Both the position numbers and the translations under genes were made by a program. Positions 10,932-23,330 of a DNA stretch of 64,000 bases are shown piece after piece. The DNA is from Lama guanicoe (lineage: Eukaryota), in contig MU054413.1 of the NCBI GenBank assembly GCA_013239625.1, positions 4,482,861-4,546,860 on the forward strand. The letters run 5' to 3'. Position 1 is the stretch's first letter, and each line of letters begins with the position of its first letter. The notes beneath the pieces are model-generated. The model was not told the DNA's origin and ran no database searches. It worked only from the letters and a program-made list of their open reading frames with translations.

Positions 10932-13189
10932 ATAGAGTGGTTGCTGCCTTTTCAAGATTGTGCTGAAGGGCCAACCAGGCAGCCTCAAAATACCCTGTGC
11001 GAAGTTCTGCACATAACAAATGGCCCCTGAAGGCTGGGCCCCCTCCTTCTCGAAGGGAGGGCCAGATTCTGAGGCCCAGGAGAACAGCAGCTGTTATCTG
11101 ATAACACGGTCACCTCTACTGGCTCGTCATCCAGCAGGGTGAGCAGACTCCCATTTTAAATAAAAAGAAGTGGGACTCAGAGATAAGGATGGTACAAACC
11201 CTGAAGTGGCAGACACAGGACTTGAGTCCAGGTGTTTGTGGCTTTGAACCCACCTCCATCTTCCCACTGGACACCTGACTACCCAGGGGACTCACAACAG
11301 GAGGAAAGACCCAGGATGGGGCAGGCCGGCTGGGCAGGCAGGGGGCAGCAACCTCTCCTCTGACCACCAGGTGTGTGGATGCCACGTTGGCCAGCGTCTT
11401 CTATGACTGGTTGCCCTTCAACGCCAGTGCTGAGGAGGTGGGTGGTAGGCACACAGGTGCAGCCGCACCCTGCCCGGCTCACCTCAGCCCCTCAGGCCAA
11501 CCCTAAGGTGGCAGTGAGGCCCCTTCCAGTGCAGGGCAAAGCTGGGGCAGCTGACAGACTTTAGGTTCTAAATACTTCAGGCTTCCTCTGCTTTATAGGA
11601 TGCCAGTTAGCACAGTCTGGAAAGGGGCAGACACGGGCTCAAACCAGCTTCTGTACTAGGAACCTGAGCTCTGAGTGAGTCAAGTCCCCTCAACGGGGAC
11701 CTGACCATCCCTTACAGGGCTGGAGTGGGGATGAAAGGCACTAATGAGTGTGCAAGCAGAACTCGGCACCTGCAAGTGTTTGCTCACTGGGACCTGTTAA
11801 AATCATTAGTACTTTCCGAGCTCTCAGGGCAGGTCAGAGACCAGGTGAGACCCCCAGCCGGTGCCCTGCAGGTCTGGGAAGGCTGGAGAAATGGCGTCTA
11901 GAAACAAGCATTCCAGTAGGGGTCTGAAGACCCTACCCCTCATTGGTGGGCTGTGCGACCCGGCGCCAGCTGAGTCACTCGTCTAGCAAAAACGAGAATA
12001 AAATCAGCATGTGCTAATCCTTCTGTGAGGATCAGATGGAACATGCAAAAGCACTTCTAACCTGGATTTGGACAAATCTGGTAGAATCTACATGTGCCAG
12101 TGGGCAGGCTCTCCCGGTGACTTCAGAACAGCCTAACCCTGGAGAGAAATCACCTCCCCAAGTGAAGACAAGCGCCCTGCAGAAACAGCTGGTGCTCAGG
12201 AGTCCAGTATCCAGACATTTAAGAGGTGGCCTGCTGGCAGAGGACTTCTGATAAAAACAGAGGCTGCAAAGGGGCAGGCCCAGGTCAAGGGAAGCCTGTT
12301 TGTGAGCCCCTCTCAGGAACTTGCTGCAGGGGTGGCTGGCAGGCTCCCAGGAGTGGGCTGACCTGGCTCTGGGGCTTCAAGCTGGACCAGGCAGCTGCGG
12401 AGGATACCGGGGACACGCTGCAGCTGTAGGAAGGAGCAGGCTGCCCTGGCTGGAATACAGGAGGTTGCTGGCAGGGGACCACCACCAGGCTGGGAGATGG
12501 GGAGGGATGGCTGCAGGGTGGGGGCCAGGCCAGGAGAAGAGCCTAGAGGGGAGAAGTGACCTGAAAGAGGCAGAGATGAGACGGGACTGGGGAGAGGGGA
12601 TATCAGGGGAGCTGAGGAGGCCTCCCAGGAACACCCCCTCCCCCTAGACTCACCCCTCTCCACTGTCCCAGTCAAATGTACACTTAGCCACTCACACACT
12701 AGTATAAATGAATTTATAACAAAGGTGCCAAGATGGGCAAGGAGCAATAATTGAAGGAAAAAAGATGAGGTGGGGGAAGGTGGCAAGCAGCTCTCCCTAG
12801 CAAGCCACCAGTGAGTGGGGACCTTCTGTTGCCAGTACCACCAGCATCCCCCCCCCACAAAAATGCCAACACTCTTTTGTTGCCACTTAAACCAATTTGG
12901 GGGTAATTCTGCAGGCAATTGTCTTCCTATTTACAATGCAGCTCAGTGATTGCATCGAGGCTGATGGTTCAGGCTGTAATTGTATGGTAATCACTTCTGT
13001 TTATGATCGATGCGGAAATCACTATTGTTTTCCAGCAGGCTTGTTAAATCAAAAAAGTGCTGGGGTGGGGAAGGAGGGTTTATTTCTGTGAGTTGGAACC
13101 CGGGGAAAATGAAATTAGGCAGAGCAACCCAATGTCGGGGGAGGTGGATCTGATGGCAAAGGCACCCTCATCAGCTCAGAACTGAGATA

Positions 13190-13420
13190 GGCAGCGACAG
13201 AGATGCAGTGACAGCAAGAGAGACATGGAAGGTACAGGCAGAGAGGCACAGAGACACAGGTGGGTAGAGACACAAGGTTGTGGGCAGGGATGCCTAGGGA
13301 ATGACCAGGCTCGGGACAGAGATGATCAGATAAGCAGATACACACAGAGGTGCCAGACAGACCCTGCTGCTCATACATCCAGAGATGCTGAGAGAGAGAG
13401 AGAGAAAGAGAGAGGGAGGA
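13190..13420 (+). repeat. AG-rich low-complexity tract ending in (GA)n
   Basis: Repeated gacagag/gagac units, and agagagagagagagaaagagagag at ~13390-13415. Confidence 0.75.
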
Positions 13421-16164
13421 GGACCCCCTTATAGACACCCACACTTTACCAGACCTGCTCTCAACCATTCCTAGGGAGATGGGGACAATGCAGGTGCCAG
13501 GTAGCGGGCCCAGCACTACCTGCCCTGTGGGGCTGGAGCCCCGTACCTGCCCCATCTGGGATCTTCCTGCCTTCTCCTTGCCCGGGCCCCAAGGCCGCCT
13601 ACCTGCTGCCTGGAAACAGGGTGGCAGATGGCACCTGGGGGGGTCAGGTGGCAGGAGCAGGGCAGTGTTGAGAGCTGAGCTGCTGCTGCAGAGAAAGGGG
13701 GTGGGGGCTGCCCACCTGGCGGGCAGAAACCTGAACCTCCCAGAAGCTGCAGGGAACAGGCCTGGGGTGGGTGAGGGGCAGCGCCTCCCAGGGCAGCCAC
13801 GGGCCCTCCACGGCTCCACAAGACTGAGCCAGTCCAGGCTGGAGGCCAAGGCCCAACAGGGAGCGAGCAGGCACCAGCTGTGCGTGCAGCTCTGACAAAC
13901 CCCTAGGCTGCAGGCTGAGCTTGGCTGCAGGCATGTGTTTATTTTCAACTACATGCCTTTCTCTCCCAGCAAAAGTACAGGGAGACCATCAGGCAACATA
14001 CTGAAGATCATGACCAAGGACAAAAATATTAGGTGTTTGGTTTCCAAAGCCTGCAGGCCCGATGCCCCTGACCTCTCCTCACATTGCCTGCCCCTCTCTA
14101 CCATCTGAACCGCCCTCCGTATTTCACGGTTCTGCCTCACCTCTCCAGGGAAGCCTTTCCCCATCCGGCTGGACTCTCCTCCCCTGAGCCCCACGGTACT
14201 GAGTGTCACATTGCCTCTGACGCAGGACCGTGGCGGCCCACAGACCTGGCTCTAATCACCTCAGAGAATCCACAGTGAACTGGTGACAGGCAGGCCGGGC
14301 CCTATCACAGATGACCTCAAAGTGGCTGGAGCAAGAACAGCACTCAGCAGTCTTGTCACCAGCTTCAGTGGGAGCATGAGGCCACCCGGACCTGATGAGG
14401 CGGCTTCCCTCAAACCCAGGGTACCCCAACTCTGCTGATATGCACTGCGTGTTGTCCTCCAAGGCGGCCAAGGCCCTGGGATGGAGGGCAGGAAGCTCAG
14501 CCCCCTTGGATGGAGGAGAGGACCATCCCACAACCCTTGCATCCCCCATCCCTTGGCCTGGGTTCAGGCCCCGAACTTGCCCTGGCCTGGCCCTCAAACA
14601 GACTGGGCCCTGAACTGGGGCGCCCTGGCTGCCTAATTAGGGGCTCAGCAGGGCATGCCAGGCAGCCTCTGGAAAACCTTAGAAGTGGAACAATTGCTCC
14701 TAATTGGACTTCCAGGATTCGGCTTAAGAAAACAGACTGCTTCTCCCCCGGGACTTCGCTTCTGAAGTATATACAAACAAGTGATGGTTGTTCAACATTA
14801 AAAACAAAGTTGGCGAAAATGAGAATTTAAGCTACAATGAAGTTGTCTAAATGGAGAGGACCCCCAAGGGCGGGGAGCATATGTGCGTGTGCATGTGCAG
14901 GTCTGCACATCCACACAGGGCATACAGGGCACTTGGCAGGCGGACACCTTTTAGGATTACGGTCTCAAGCCAGGAGCCCCTAACCAAACCCCAAATCTTG
15001 CGGTCTGGACCCCGCATAACCTCAGGGAAGTGGGGACAAGGGCCACTGGAGGGCACCAAAGACTCGCACTCTGAAGGCGGAAGACCAGAGTTGGAGCCTC
15101 AACTCTGTCCTGGCAACCCCTGCCCGCCTTTAGCCCCTCTGGCTGCCCAGTGTTGGCAGTGACTGAACCCCCATCCCCTGGGGAGAGATGGTACCATACA
15201 GGTGGAAGCACCTTTCTGGACCCCGAAATGCTCTAAAAACATCAGCTATTTTTACTCCCTGCTCCAACGTGTAACCTCAGAGACAAGCTCCAACCCCTGT
15301 TTACTTAGCACTCGGGAGTCAGGACCCAGGGTAGGGAGGGTAAGGCAAGGCCACCTGGCCGGGGTGTTCTCCCTCCCCACACAGCCCACTAAGGGGAAGA
15401 GCGCTCCGGGTGAGCTCGCAGAGCTGGTTACCAGAGACTGAGGCTCAGGGGCAAGAGGTCAGAGCCAGCTAGAGAGGGAGCAGGGCCAACCAAGCGGGAC
15501 GCTCCCTGCTCAGGTGTTGTGCCTGGGAGACAGGGCGGTGAGGGCTCAGAGACCCAGGCAGCCCTGGCTCAGTAAATGCTGGTGCCAAGGAGGACAGGAA
15601 TCAACAGCCCCATTTTTCCGGTGGGGAAAGTAGGGGCCCCTAGAGGCGAGTGACTTCTCATGAGAAGTGAAACGCCGGTGGTCTTCCGACTCTGTGGTGC
15701 TCTGATACATCGAACATCTGACAGTCTCTCTCTGCAGGCACCTCTGAGACTATTCGCAGACTTCTGCCATCCCTGAGACAGGCAGAAAGGAAGCTGCGGG
15801 TAGCCAGGGCTGATTTCCCAGGAAGCCACGAAACGCTTTTTTCCTAAAGGTCTGGGAGGGTCCAGAGTCATCTTCCCGAGGACCGGAAGGACCTTCTGGG
15901 GTCAGCTCCAGCGAGCCTAGCCTTCCCAGGCCCCTCCCCCAGTCCCTGGAGAGCTGCAGCACAGAGGGCTGCGGGGACAGATGCCCTTGGCCCTCTCTTG
16001 GGAGGAAGGACATCCCTAGAGCCTTGGGGTGAGCCCCCTCTCAGAGCTGCATGTCTGCTCTCTGGCTTGAGTGACTTAAGGATGCGCCTGCACTGGAGAA
16101 GGGGCAGGACAGGGCCAGGGCTCCCAGGCCAGTTGGGGGACCATCCCTCCTACTCTAGGATGAT

Positions 16165-16350
16165 GATATCAACTAACATTTATGAACTGCATCCAGGCGC
16201 ACAGACTCAGCGGGTCCTCACAGCCATCTCGAGGTCACTGCTATTACCATTCCTGTTTCTGAGGAGGCTGAGACGTCTCAGAGCTTCAGTAACTTGCCCA
16301 AGGTCACACAATTGCTAAGTGGAGGGGCTGGCTGTAAACACCCAGGCTCT
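16165..16350 (-). mobile_element. MIR
   Basis: taacatttatgaa...agtaacttgcccaaggtcacacaattgctaagtggaggggctgg. Confidence 0.85.
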
Positions 16351-18699
16351 ACATCTCTCTGACATAGCCCAGCATGGTAGGGAGGGATGATGCGGGCGCC
16401 TGCATGCCCCAAAGAGATCAGGACACTTTAATTCTTATACATACATGCCATTTGGCTGCCAAGGTGCCCCTCCCACATTACAGACACTCTCAACACCCCG
16501 TGTTTGCAAATCTACACAACCCTATGAGAACACTGTCATATACACTCATTCAATAATCAGTCAACCTGTGTCTCTCGCATGCCCGCATGGGGTCACACAT
16601 GTCCAACCACATGGGTACACCATATACGTAAGCAGACGTAAAACCCACGTAACATTTTCCGATGTCCCATCTTATGCTTTTCTGCAACACACATCCCCTG
16701 CAACAGGCACACTCCCACTTTACGTATGGCCCTTCCAGCTTTGCCATCTTCGTTTGGGGACTTCAAGCTCCCAGAGGACAGGGACCCTGTCTTTTTTCAC
16801 ATTCCCCACAGTGCCCCACCCAGAGCCAGCTCTTCATTTGTTTATTTACTCATTCAAAATGTATTAGTGTGTACTTTTTGCCCATTTGGATGTGGAACAT
16901 ACCAACTCAAATGAGCTCCAGCCATGAACTTGAAGAAATAGAATATTCCCGTACAAACCAAGGGCTGTTAACTTGGGCACAGTGAACCCAGGGGGACACA
17001 GGCGTGTGTATGAGTGAGCAGACACGCATGGAGGGCGTGTGTGCAGGGATTTCCACTGTTACAACAGGACTACCGGGGAGAGGTGCCCCTACTTTACAGA
17101 GAGGCAATTCAAGTGGCAGAGGGGAGTCTCAAGCTCCAGGTCACTGGGGTGGGGGTGCCAGCAAGGCTTAAGTAACAGGTGTCTAAGACCAGGGAGGCAT
17201 CCAGGGAACCCAGTCTTTGGGTGGCCAGGCCTGTCCAGACCTGGGATCTATCTGGGCAAGAGCCCTCAGGGCACCACGGAGAGCACCCCACACTCCTGGG
17301 AGAGGAGGGGGCAATGAGGAAGCCACAAGCGGGGAGGAAATCTCCATTTGTAATCTGAGGACAGAGATCTTATCCAGGTCATCAAACGTATCCTGGAGAA
17401 GGTACAACACCGTGCAAAGCCCTGAGAGGATTATCGGCCCCTGACAGGCCTGATGCGGGGAGGCTTCATTCCAGGTGGGTGGGCTGTGGGGGCTCCACTC
17501 ACGAGGGGCAGAGGTGGTGCTGGGGCAGGGGGGTGGCCGGGTGGTGATGATCCTTCTCCCCCAGCAAAAGCCTGCCCACCAGGCCCGTCTGCTGCTCACT
17601 GGCGCCTTGGGGCAGGGGCATGGAGACAGCGAGGACCTATTCCTGTTTCAAAGTGGCCCGGACAGGATGAGCCAGGTTGTGCTCACAACAGGGAGCGACT
17701 GCTTGGCCCTTGGCCCTTTTCTTGTCCTGATGCTGACCTCTGGCTGCTCCCCTCAGTGGGCTGCGCTGCCTCACTGGAGTGGGGAGAGGACATCCAGAAG
17801 TCATTAGAGACCCCATGGTAAAGCTGCCCTGGGTTCAGTAAGGGTAGTGGGAGGGGAGGCTTCCTCTGCTTTGGGTGCCACTGCCCTGAGCCCCCAAGAC
17901 GGTGGCATCTGTCCTCCTTCCAGGGCCTCCCCAGGAGCTTTGGGGGACTGCTGTTGGCAAATGAAAAGCAGACAAACCTGAGGGTTAAAGCCACAAGCTT
18001 CTCTCAGCAAACAGTGAGGGGGCCCTGAGCCCGTGGCCAAAAACTCTCAGGGGCCCAGGGGAGGTGGGCGGCTGTTGGCTCCAGGGTTTCTCAGGCTGGG
18101 TGGGGAGGGAGGTGGGCATTCTGTATGTTGGCTAGTTCAGGGCTGGTGCTGGAGGAAAGGCCCCCTGTGCAGGCGCAGGAGGGGGTGAAATGGGGGAGCA
18201 TTTGGATACACTTAGGCTGTGATGGAGGATTATGAGGCAGGGAAGCAGGAGGATGTGTCCCCAGAGGAATGGGCCTTACACAAACACGAGGAGACCGATG
18301 ACAGAGCAGCAAGGACGGCTGACGCTTACTCACGGCTGAGGTTCTTGGGCAAGTCAGCCAGAGAGCTTCAGGAGTCCAAGGTGTAGACTTAAGCTCCTTC
18401 CTCAAGAGGGAAATGAAAGTGGATGCGTGTGATGGCCCCTACGCCCTTCCTCCAGGGCTAGGCCACCAGACGGCCGCCAGCAGCAGACACCACGCAGGAG
18501 GTGGGCCCTCCGCACTGCACGGCCAGGTCTCTGGTCACAACACACAGTACGAGGAGCACCTTACAGACGAGGAAACAGGCCCAATGTGTGGCCGGGACAA
18601 GAAAGAACCCAGGTGCTAGGGCTGAGGAACTCAAGAGAAACCGAAAGCCCAGCTGGTTTGGGAGCTGGTCATATGCCGTGAGGGTAGTAAGTCAACCTG

Positions 18700-18905
18700 A
18701 TAGTAACAAGAGCTGCCACTTACTGAGCCATTACTATGTGCCAGACACTGAGTGCTTGCGCAGCCCCCTCTCATTTACTCCCCGCTGCAACTCCGCCAGG
18801 CAGAGGCAGGTACAGGCAGCTCTGTTTTATTCATTAGGAGACAGGGGCTTGGAGGAGTTAAGTGACTTGCCCAAAGTTACCCAGTAAATGACAGATGTGG
18901 GTTTC
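18700..18905 (-). mobile_element. MIR
   Basis: cacttactgagccattactatgtgccagacactg...gttaagtgacttgcccaaagttacccag. Confidence 0.85.
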
Positions 18906-19166
18906 ATAATTACTCCCCAACGCTGTCTTGGGAAGGGCGCTGGGTGGCTTCATTTTAAGAGCCCAGGCTGGGTGGGGATGGGTGGGGTGAAGCAGGGAAG
19001 TCCTGCGGGGCCCTGTGCTTCACAGAAAGGACAGCAGGGGAAGTCCAGGGCCCTGTGCACAGAGGAGTGGGTGGGAGCTGCTAACAGGGAGGCAGGCAGA
19101 GGCCCCGGGACCCTGCCTCCCTACAGATCCATGATGACAGATTTATGAGGCCCCTTAGAGACCCTC

Positions 19167-19329
19167 CAGGACTGTCCAATATGGTAGCCACTAGCCCCAT
19201 GGGGCTACTGAGAACCTGCAGTTGTGGCTAGTGTGATTGAGGGACTGAAATTTTCATTTCATTTCATTTCATCTAATACACACTAAAACAGCCACATGCA
19301 GCTAGTGGCCTTTCTAGTGGACAGCACAG
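19167..19329 (+). mobile_element. MER3-family element, short form
   Basis: ctgtccaatatggtagccactagcc...cagccacatgcagctagtggc...tggacagcacag, with palindromic ends. Confidence 0.88.
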
Positions 19330-22300
19330 TATATCTAGTGATTCTTCCTACAGGTGGGGTCCCCAAGAAGGACAAGGGCTCGGCATTGTCACATGGTCAA
19401 CTTGGGAAGCCAGAGCTGGGCCAAGAGCTCGGACCTCTGTTTCTTCCTAGGTGACTGCCTTTGCTGTGACCCATCTATGTCCAGGCTGGTCACTTAAGCC
19501 ACATATACTGAGTACCCAGCATTGATACAGGTCATGGTTGTCCTGTCCAGCAACTTACAACCTAGTGGGGCTGACACCTGGTGGGCAAATGACCACATAA
19601 AATAGGCTGATGTAAGGTTGTGGGTCCTGGATATACAAAAGAATGAAAAGGACGGTTAGGAGACAGGGTCCTGTGTCTGTGCGTTTGCTTGGGGCAGGGG
19701 GCCAGGGAAGGCCTCCTGGCTGGTGGCATTCAGGCTGATCTTGGAAGCGGCAGGGTGGAGGGGAGGTTTCCCTCACCTCTGAAACATGGCCCCCCATTTT
19801 TCACCGCTCTCCCTTCCACATGTAGGGTCTGAACCAGATGCTGTTAAATCTTCTGTGCACACTGTGAATCTGCCAACCAGATCGCACTCTTGGGAGGTGG
19901 AGAGGGTGCCTATAAATCACCAGCCGCCTCGGGCTCTGACTGAGGAGGCACTGAGAGGGTGTGAGGCCAAACTGCTGCCAGTCCATAGGCTGTCCCCCTG
20001 TCACCTGTCCCCTCCAGCCCCAGGGAACCACCTACATTGATTGAAACCCTCCTAGGAAGTGGCTGCAACCCCTGAGGGACTGGGGGCAAATTCCACAAAC
20101 CAGGCTCTCTTTTTTTCCCAGGAGAGAGCAGAGGGGAGGCCTGGACAAGTTCCACCAAGTTCCCGGAGGTCCTCAGAAGAAGAGCTAGCTGCCCTCACCC
20201 CCCCACCATGGGCAACCACAGAACAGGAACCCTGCAACCAGACGAGGCTTTCCACTGCGTCAGCAGAGGCAGGGACATTCCCACAGCAGAGCTCTGACCT
20301 CGCAGGGCTCCCCGACTTCCCTGAATGGAGTCCTGCCTCAACCCAGCAGCATCCCTGCTCCCGGAAGCCCTTAGAGTCCCAGGGGTCTCCCTGGCTTTCT
20401 CTGGCCCTGGGGATGAGATCTGTGCTCCTGGAATAGGATCTGTCTTAGCAATGGCTCCGCCTCCCGTGCTCACCTCTGCTGTTTCACCTGGAGCGACAAC
20501 CTCCCTAGGCACCGCTGACATTCATTCCCCTTCTCCCCCAAGACCCAAATCCTAGCCATTTCCAAACTCAAGGGCCACCTGGGAAGAGTTTCAGGCTACC
20601 CCAGCCCGAAAGTCACCACTTCCCCTCCTCCTTCGACAGCTCTTAGGGTGTGGGACATAAGCCTCTGTTCATTCAGTTCTCCTCACCCTGCTGTGCCTTA
20701 ATGCTGGCGGTAGCACCCAAAGGCAGGGCCAAGCCTTCTTCCGTCTCCTGCCTCCTCACCTCACACACACGCACACCCTCTAACATAAGACTCCAGTAGC
20801 TGCAACTCTTGGAGTGGAGTCTACCTTTCAGAGATGAGACAGAGCAGCGCTCTCAGTACAGAGATGAGAACAGAGGCCCCCAGAGGGGAAGTGACTTGCC
20901 AAAGGTCACACACTAATTTGGCACCAGATCACAGATGCTATCACTTGAGCGCTAGGCCCAGAGAGCCATGCTGCCATGAACAGTATCAGAATTATCTGAG
21001 GGGGCTTCACAAGACCAAAGGAAAATCACAGAAGCTGGGCCACACCCCAGAACCACATCTCCGGGGTGACTCTGGGGAGCCATGGCCTCAGGGGATGTGG
21101 GTGTCCTGGCCAAAGTTCTGTCCTTCATTCACCAAACATGCACAAAGTACCCACTACTGCCCAGGGCCGAGCACTCATGAGGCCTGGACCCAAGGGTAGG
21201 TGGGGGCAGTTGGAGAACCCAGCAGGGTCACAGGGGTTTCAAGCAGGCATCTGTGTCATGGCTGGGGCAACTGAGAGGAGGCGGGCAGGAGGGCAGCAGA
21301 CTGCCTGGCAGGCCCAGCCTAAGGCTCTGGGCCCGGCTCTGTCAGTCAGTTTTGAAGGGCACACAGCACAGCAGGCTCTGGGAATCACGAGCACTGTGAG
21401 GGTCCCCAGGGGGCCCTGGGAAAGGCCCAGGAAGCAGGGGCCTTGAACACCACCCCTGCCTCACTCAAGGGGACTGGGAACTGGGATTGTCCCCAAAGAT
21501 CCTCTCATCCCTCAAGCTCCCCTGCATGGGCCTTGAAGACCCCTTCTCAGAGGTACTGGGATCCCTGACCGAGAGACAGCCCCTATTTAGACCTCAGGTT
21601 CCAGTCAGCTCAGGGCCAAGGGAAGCCGGAGGCTGCAGTGAGGCCTGCTGCTTGGGGGAGGTGGGCACCTCAGGACGCGGGGACAAGGCCAGAGACAAAG
21701 TGACCTCACTTCAGGGCTGGAGCAGGAAAGTGAAGCAAGGCATAATTAAATCTTTTATAAAGCTCAAGTTCAAAGCGGCAGACTGGGATTTGCAGTGGAC
21801 CATGAGAGGACATTAGCTCCATTCCAGGCCCTCCCTCCCGTGTGACCTTGGGCAGGAAGTCCCTTCACCCCTCTGGCCAGGAGCTCCCGGAGAGGCTGGA
21901 GGTGCTTCGAGGGTAGGGGTGCTGTTTTTCCCTGAACAGGCTCCCTCGTGAGGCTGCTGCCTCTCTGCCAGGCCCTGGGAGAGTTTCCTCCTGCAGCTGA
22001 GGCTTCAGGGAAAGCAAGGGCGAGCGTGGCACCGCGAATGCCCCGTGACATGAGGGGCAGCAGGCCTAGGCAGGGGGAGAGCGAAGGGAACCCTGTGCTA
22101 GCCAAATGTCCCCCAACTCTTCTCCCCCTTGGGCTGGGGCCTGCATGCCTCCCTCCAGGGTGGTGCTAATGAACCTGGCCATGGGCCCCTTGATGGGGTC
22201 CTCCCCTGTGGAGAGGAGTCAGCCTCTCCCTTGGGATCAAAGCCGCACTGATCAAGGTAAACACCTCCTCTCCCGGAGAGCCTCTCTGCCTCTCCCAGCT

Positions 22301-22745
22301 CTGCCAGCACAGAACTCTCTGTTCCTGGGGACTCAAGGCTGAGCTGGCTCTCCTGCCCGATCGATGGATGACTTCACTAAGGCTGACGCCTACTGGGCAC
22401 CAAGACAGTCCCCCGGGAGGTCTGAGGCTGCTCCTGGGACCTCTGCCCACCCTTACCCCTGGCTGACCTCTGCCAGGTGGCAGAGCACTGTCGGGAGAGT
22501 TGGAGACATGGGGCTCATGCCACTCACTGGGTGACCTTGGGCAAAACTGAATCTCAGCTTTCTCCTGTACTAAGTGGGAGCACCTGGCTGACCTGTACTC
22601 GCCTTGCTGGGAGGTGGCCAGAAATGCAGCACTAAGAAAACGGAAGGTCCCTGTATCAAATGGACTCAGCCGGCACTGTCACACATGTGGGCTCTGATCT
22701 GACATTCTCACCTCACTTCTTTCCCAAATCTCCATCCTTCTGGGC

Positions 22746-22941
22746 CAGAGCTGTCCAATGGAACTTTCTGCCACAGTGGAAATGTTCTTTGATCTGAGCT
22801 GCCCAATCTGGTAGCCATTAGCCACATGTGGCTGTTGATCATCTGAACTGTGGCTGGTGCAAATGAGAAACTGAACTTTTAATTAATTTAAATGTATAAA
22901 CACCCACATGTGGTTAGTAGCTATCATACTGAACACTCCTG
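22746..22941 (+). mobile_element. MER3 (hAT-Charlie)
   Basis: cagagctgtccaatggaactttctg...tggaaatgttct...ggtagccattagccacatgtggctgttga...ccacatgtggttagtagcta. Confidence 0.9.
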
Positions 22942-23209
22942 TTCTACGATCCTTACTCTCTGGGGTGTGACCCAGAAAGAGCCGTCAGGAAGCTCCCAGG
23001 TAGGACTCTGGTTGAACATCTGTGGGAGCACCTCTCTCAGTCTGACTGGCTGCCATCAGACTGGGAGCTCATCTTGGAGTTCCCAGGGACTGAGCACGGC
23101 CTGGTTGTTTAGTATTCAGCCAACACTGACTTCCATCCAGAAGCATTCTTTCAGCCTCTCCATCACCTCCCCACTCCAACAGGGAAAGCAGCTTGCAACC
23201 AGCTTTCTG

Positions 23210-23330
23210 TTCATGCAGTCACTCAGCAGTCACTGAGCATCTACCACCTGCCAGGCATGGTGGCTGATACTGGGGTACACTGTGATGAGTAACATATGGC
23301 CCCTGCCTTCAGGGAGCTCACAGTCAAGGC
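23210..23330 (-). mobile_element. L2 3' fragment
   Basis: cactgagcatctaccacctgccaggca...tggcccctgccttcagggagctcacagtc. Confidence 0.8.

Noticed and set aside
13115-13948. 277-aa minus-strand ORF
   Set aside because: Runs through a GA microsatellite (SLSLSLS); no recognisable protein or exon structure.
15631-15676. Adjacent 12-bp and 16-bp perfect palindromes (taggggccccta, acttctcatgagaagt)
   Set aside because: About one 16-bp palindrome is expected by chance in 64 kb, and both overlap a decayed MIR-like stretch.
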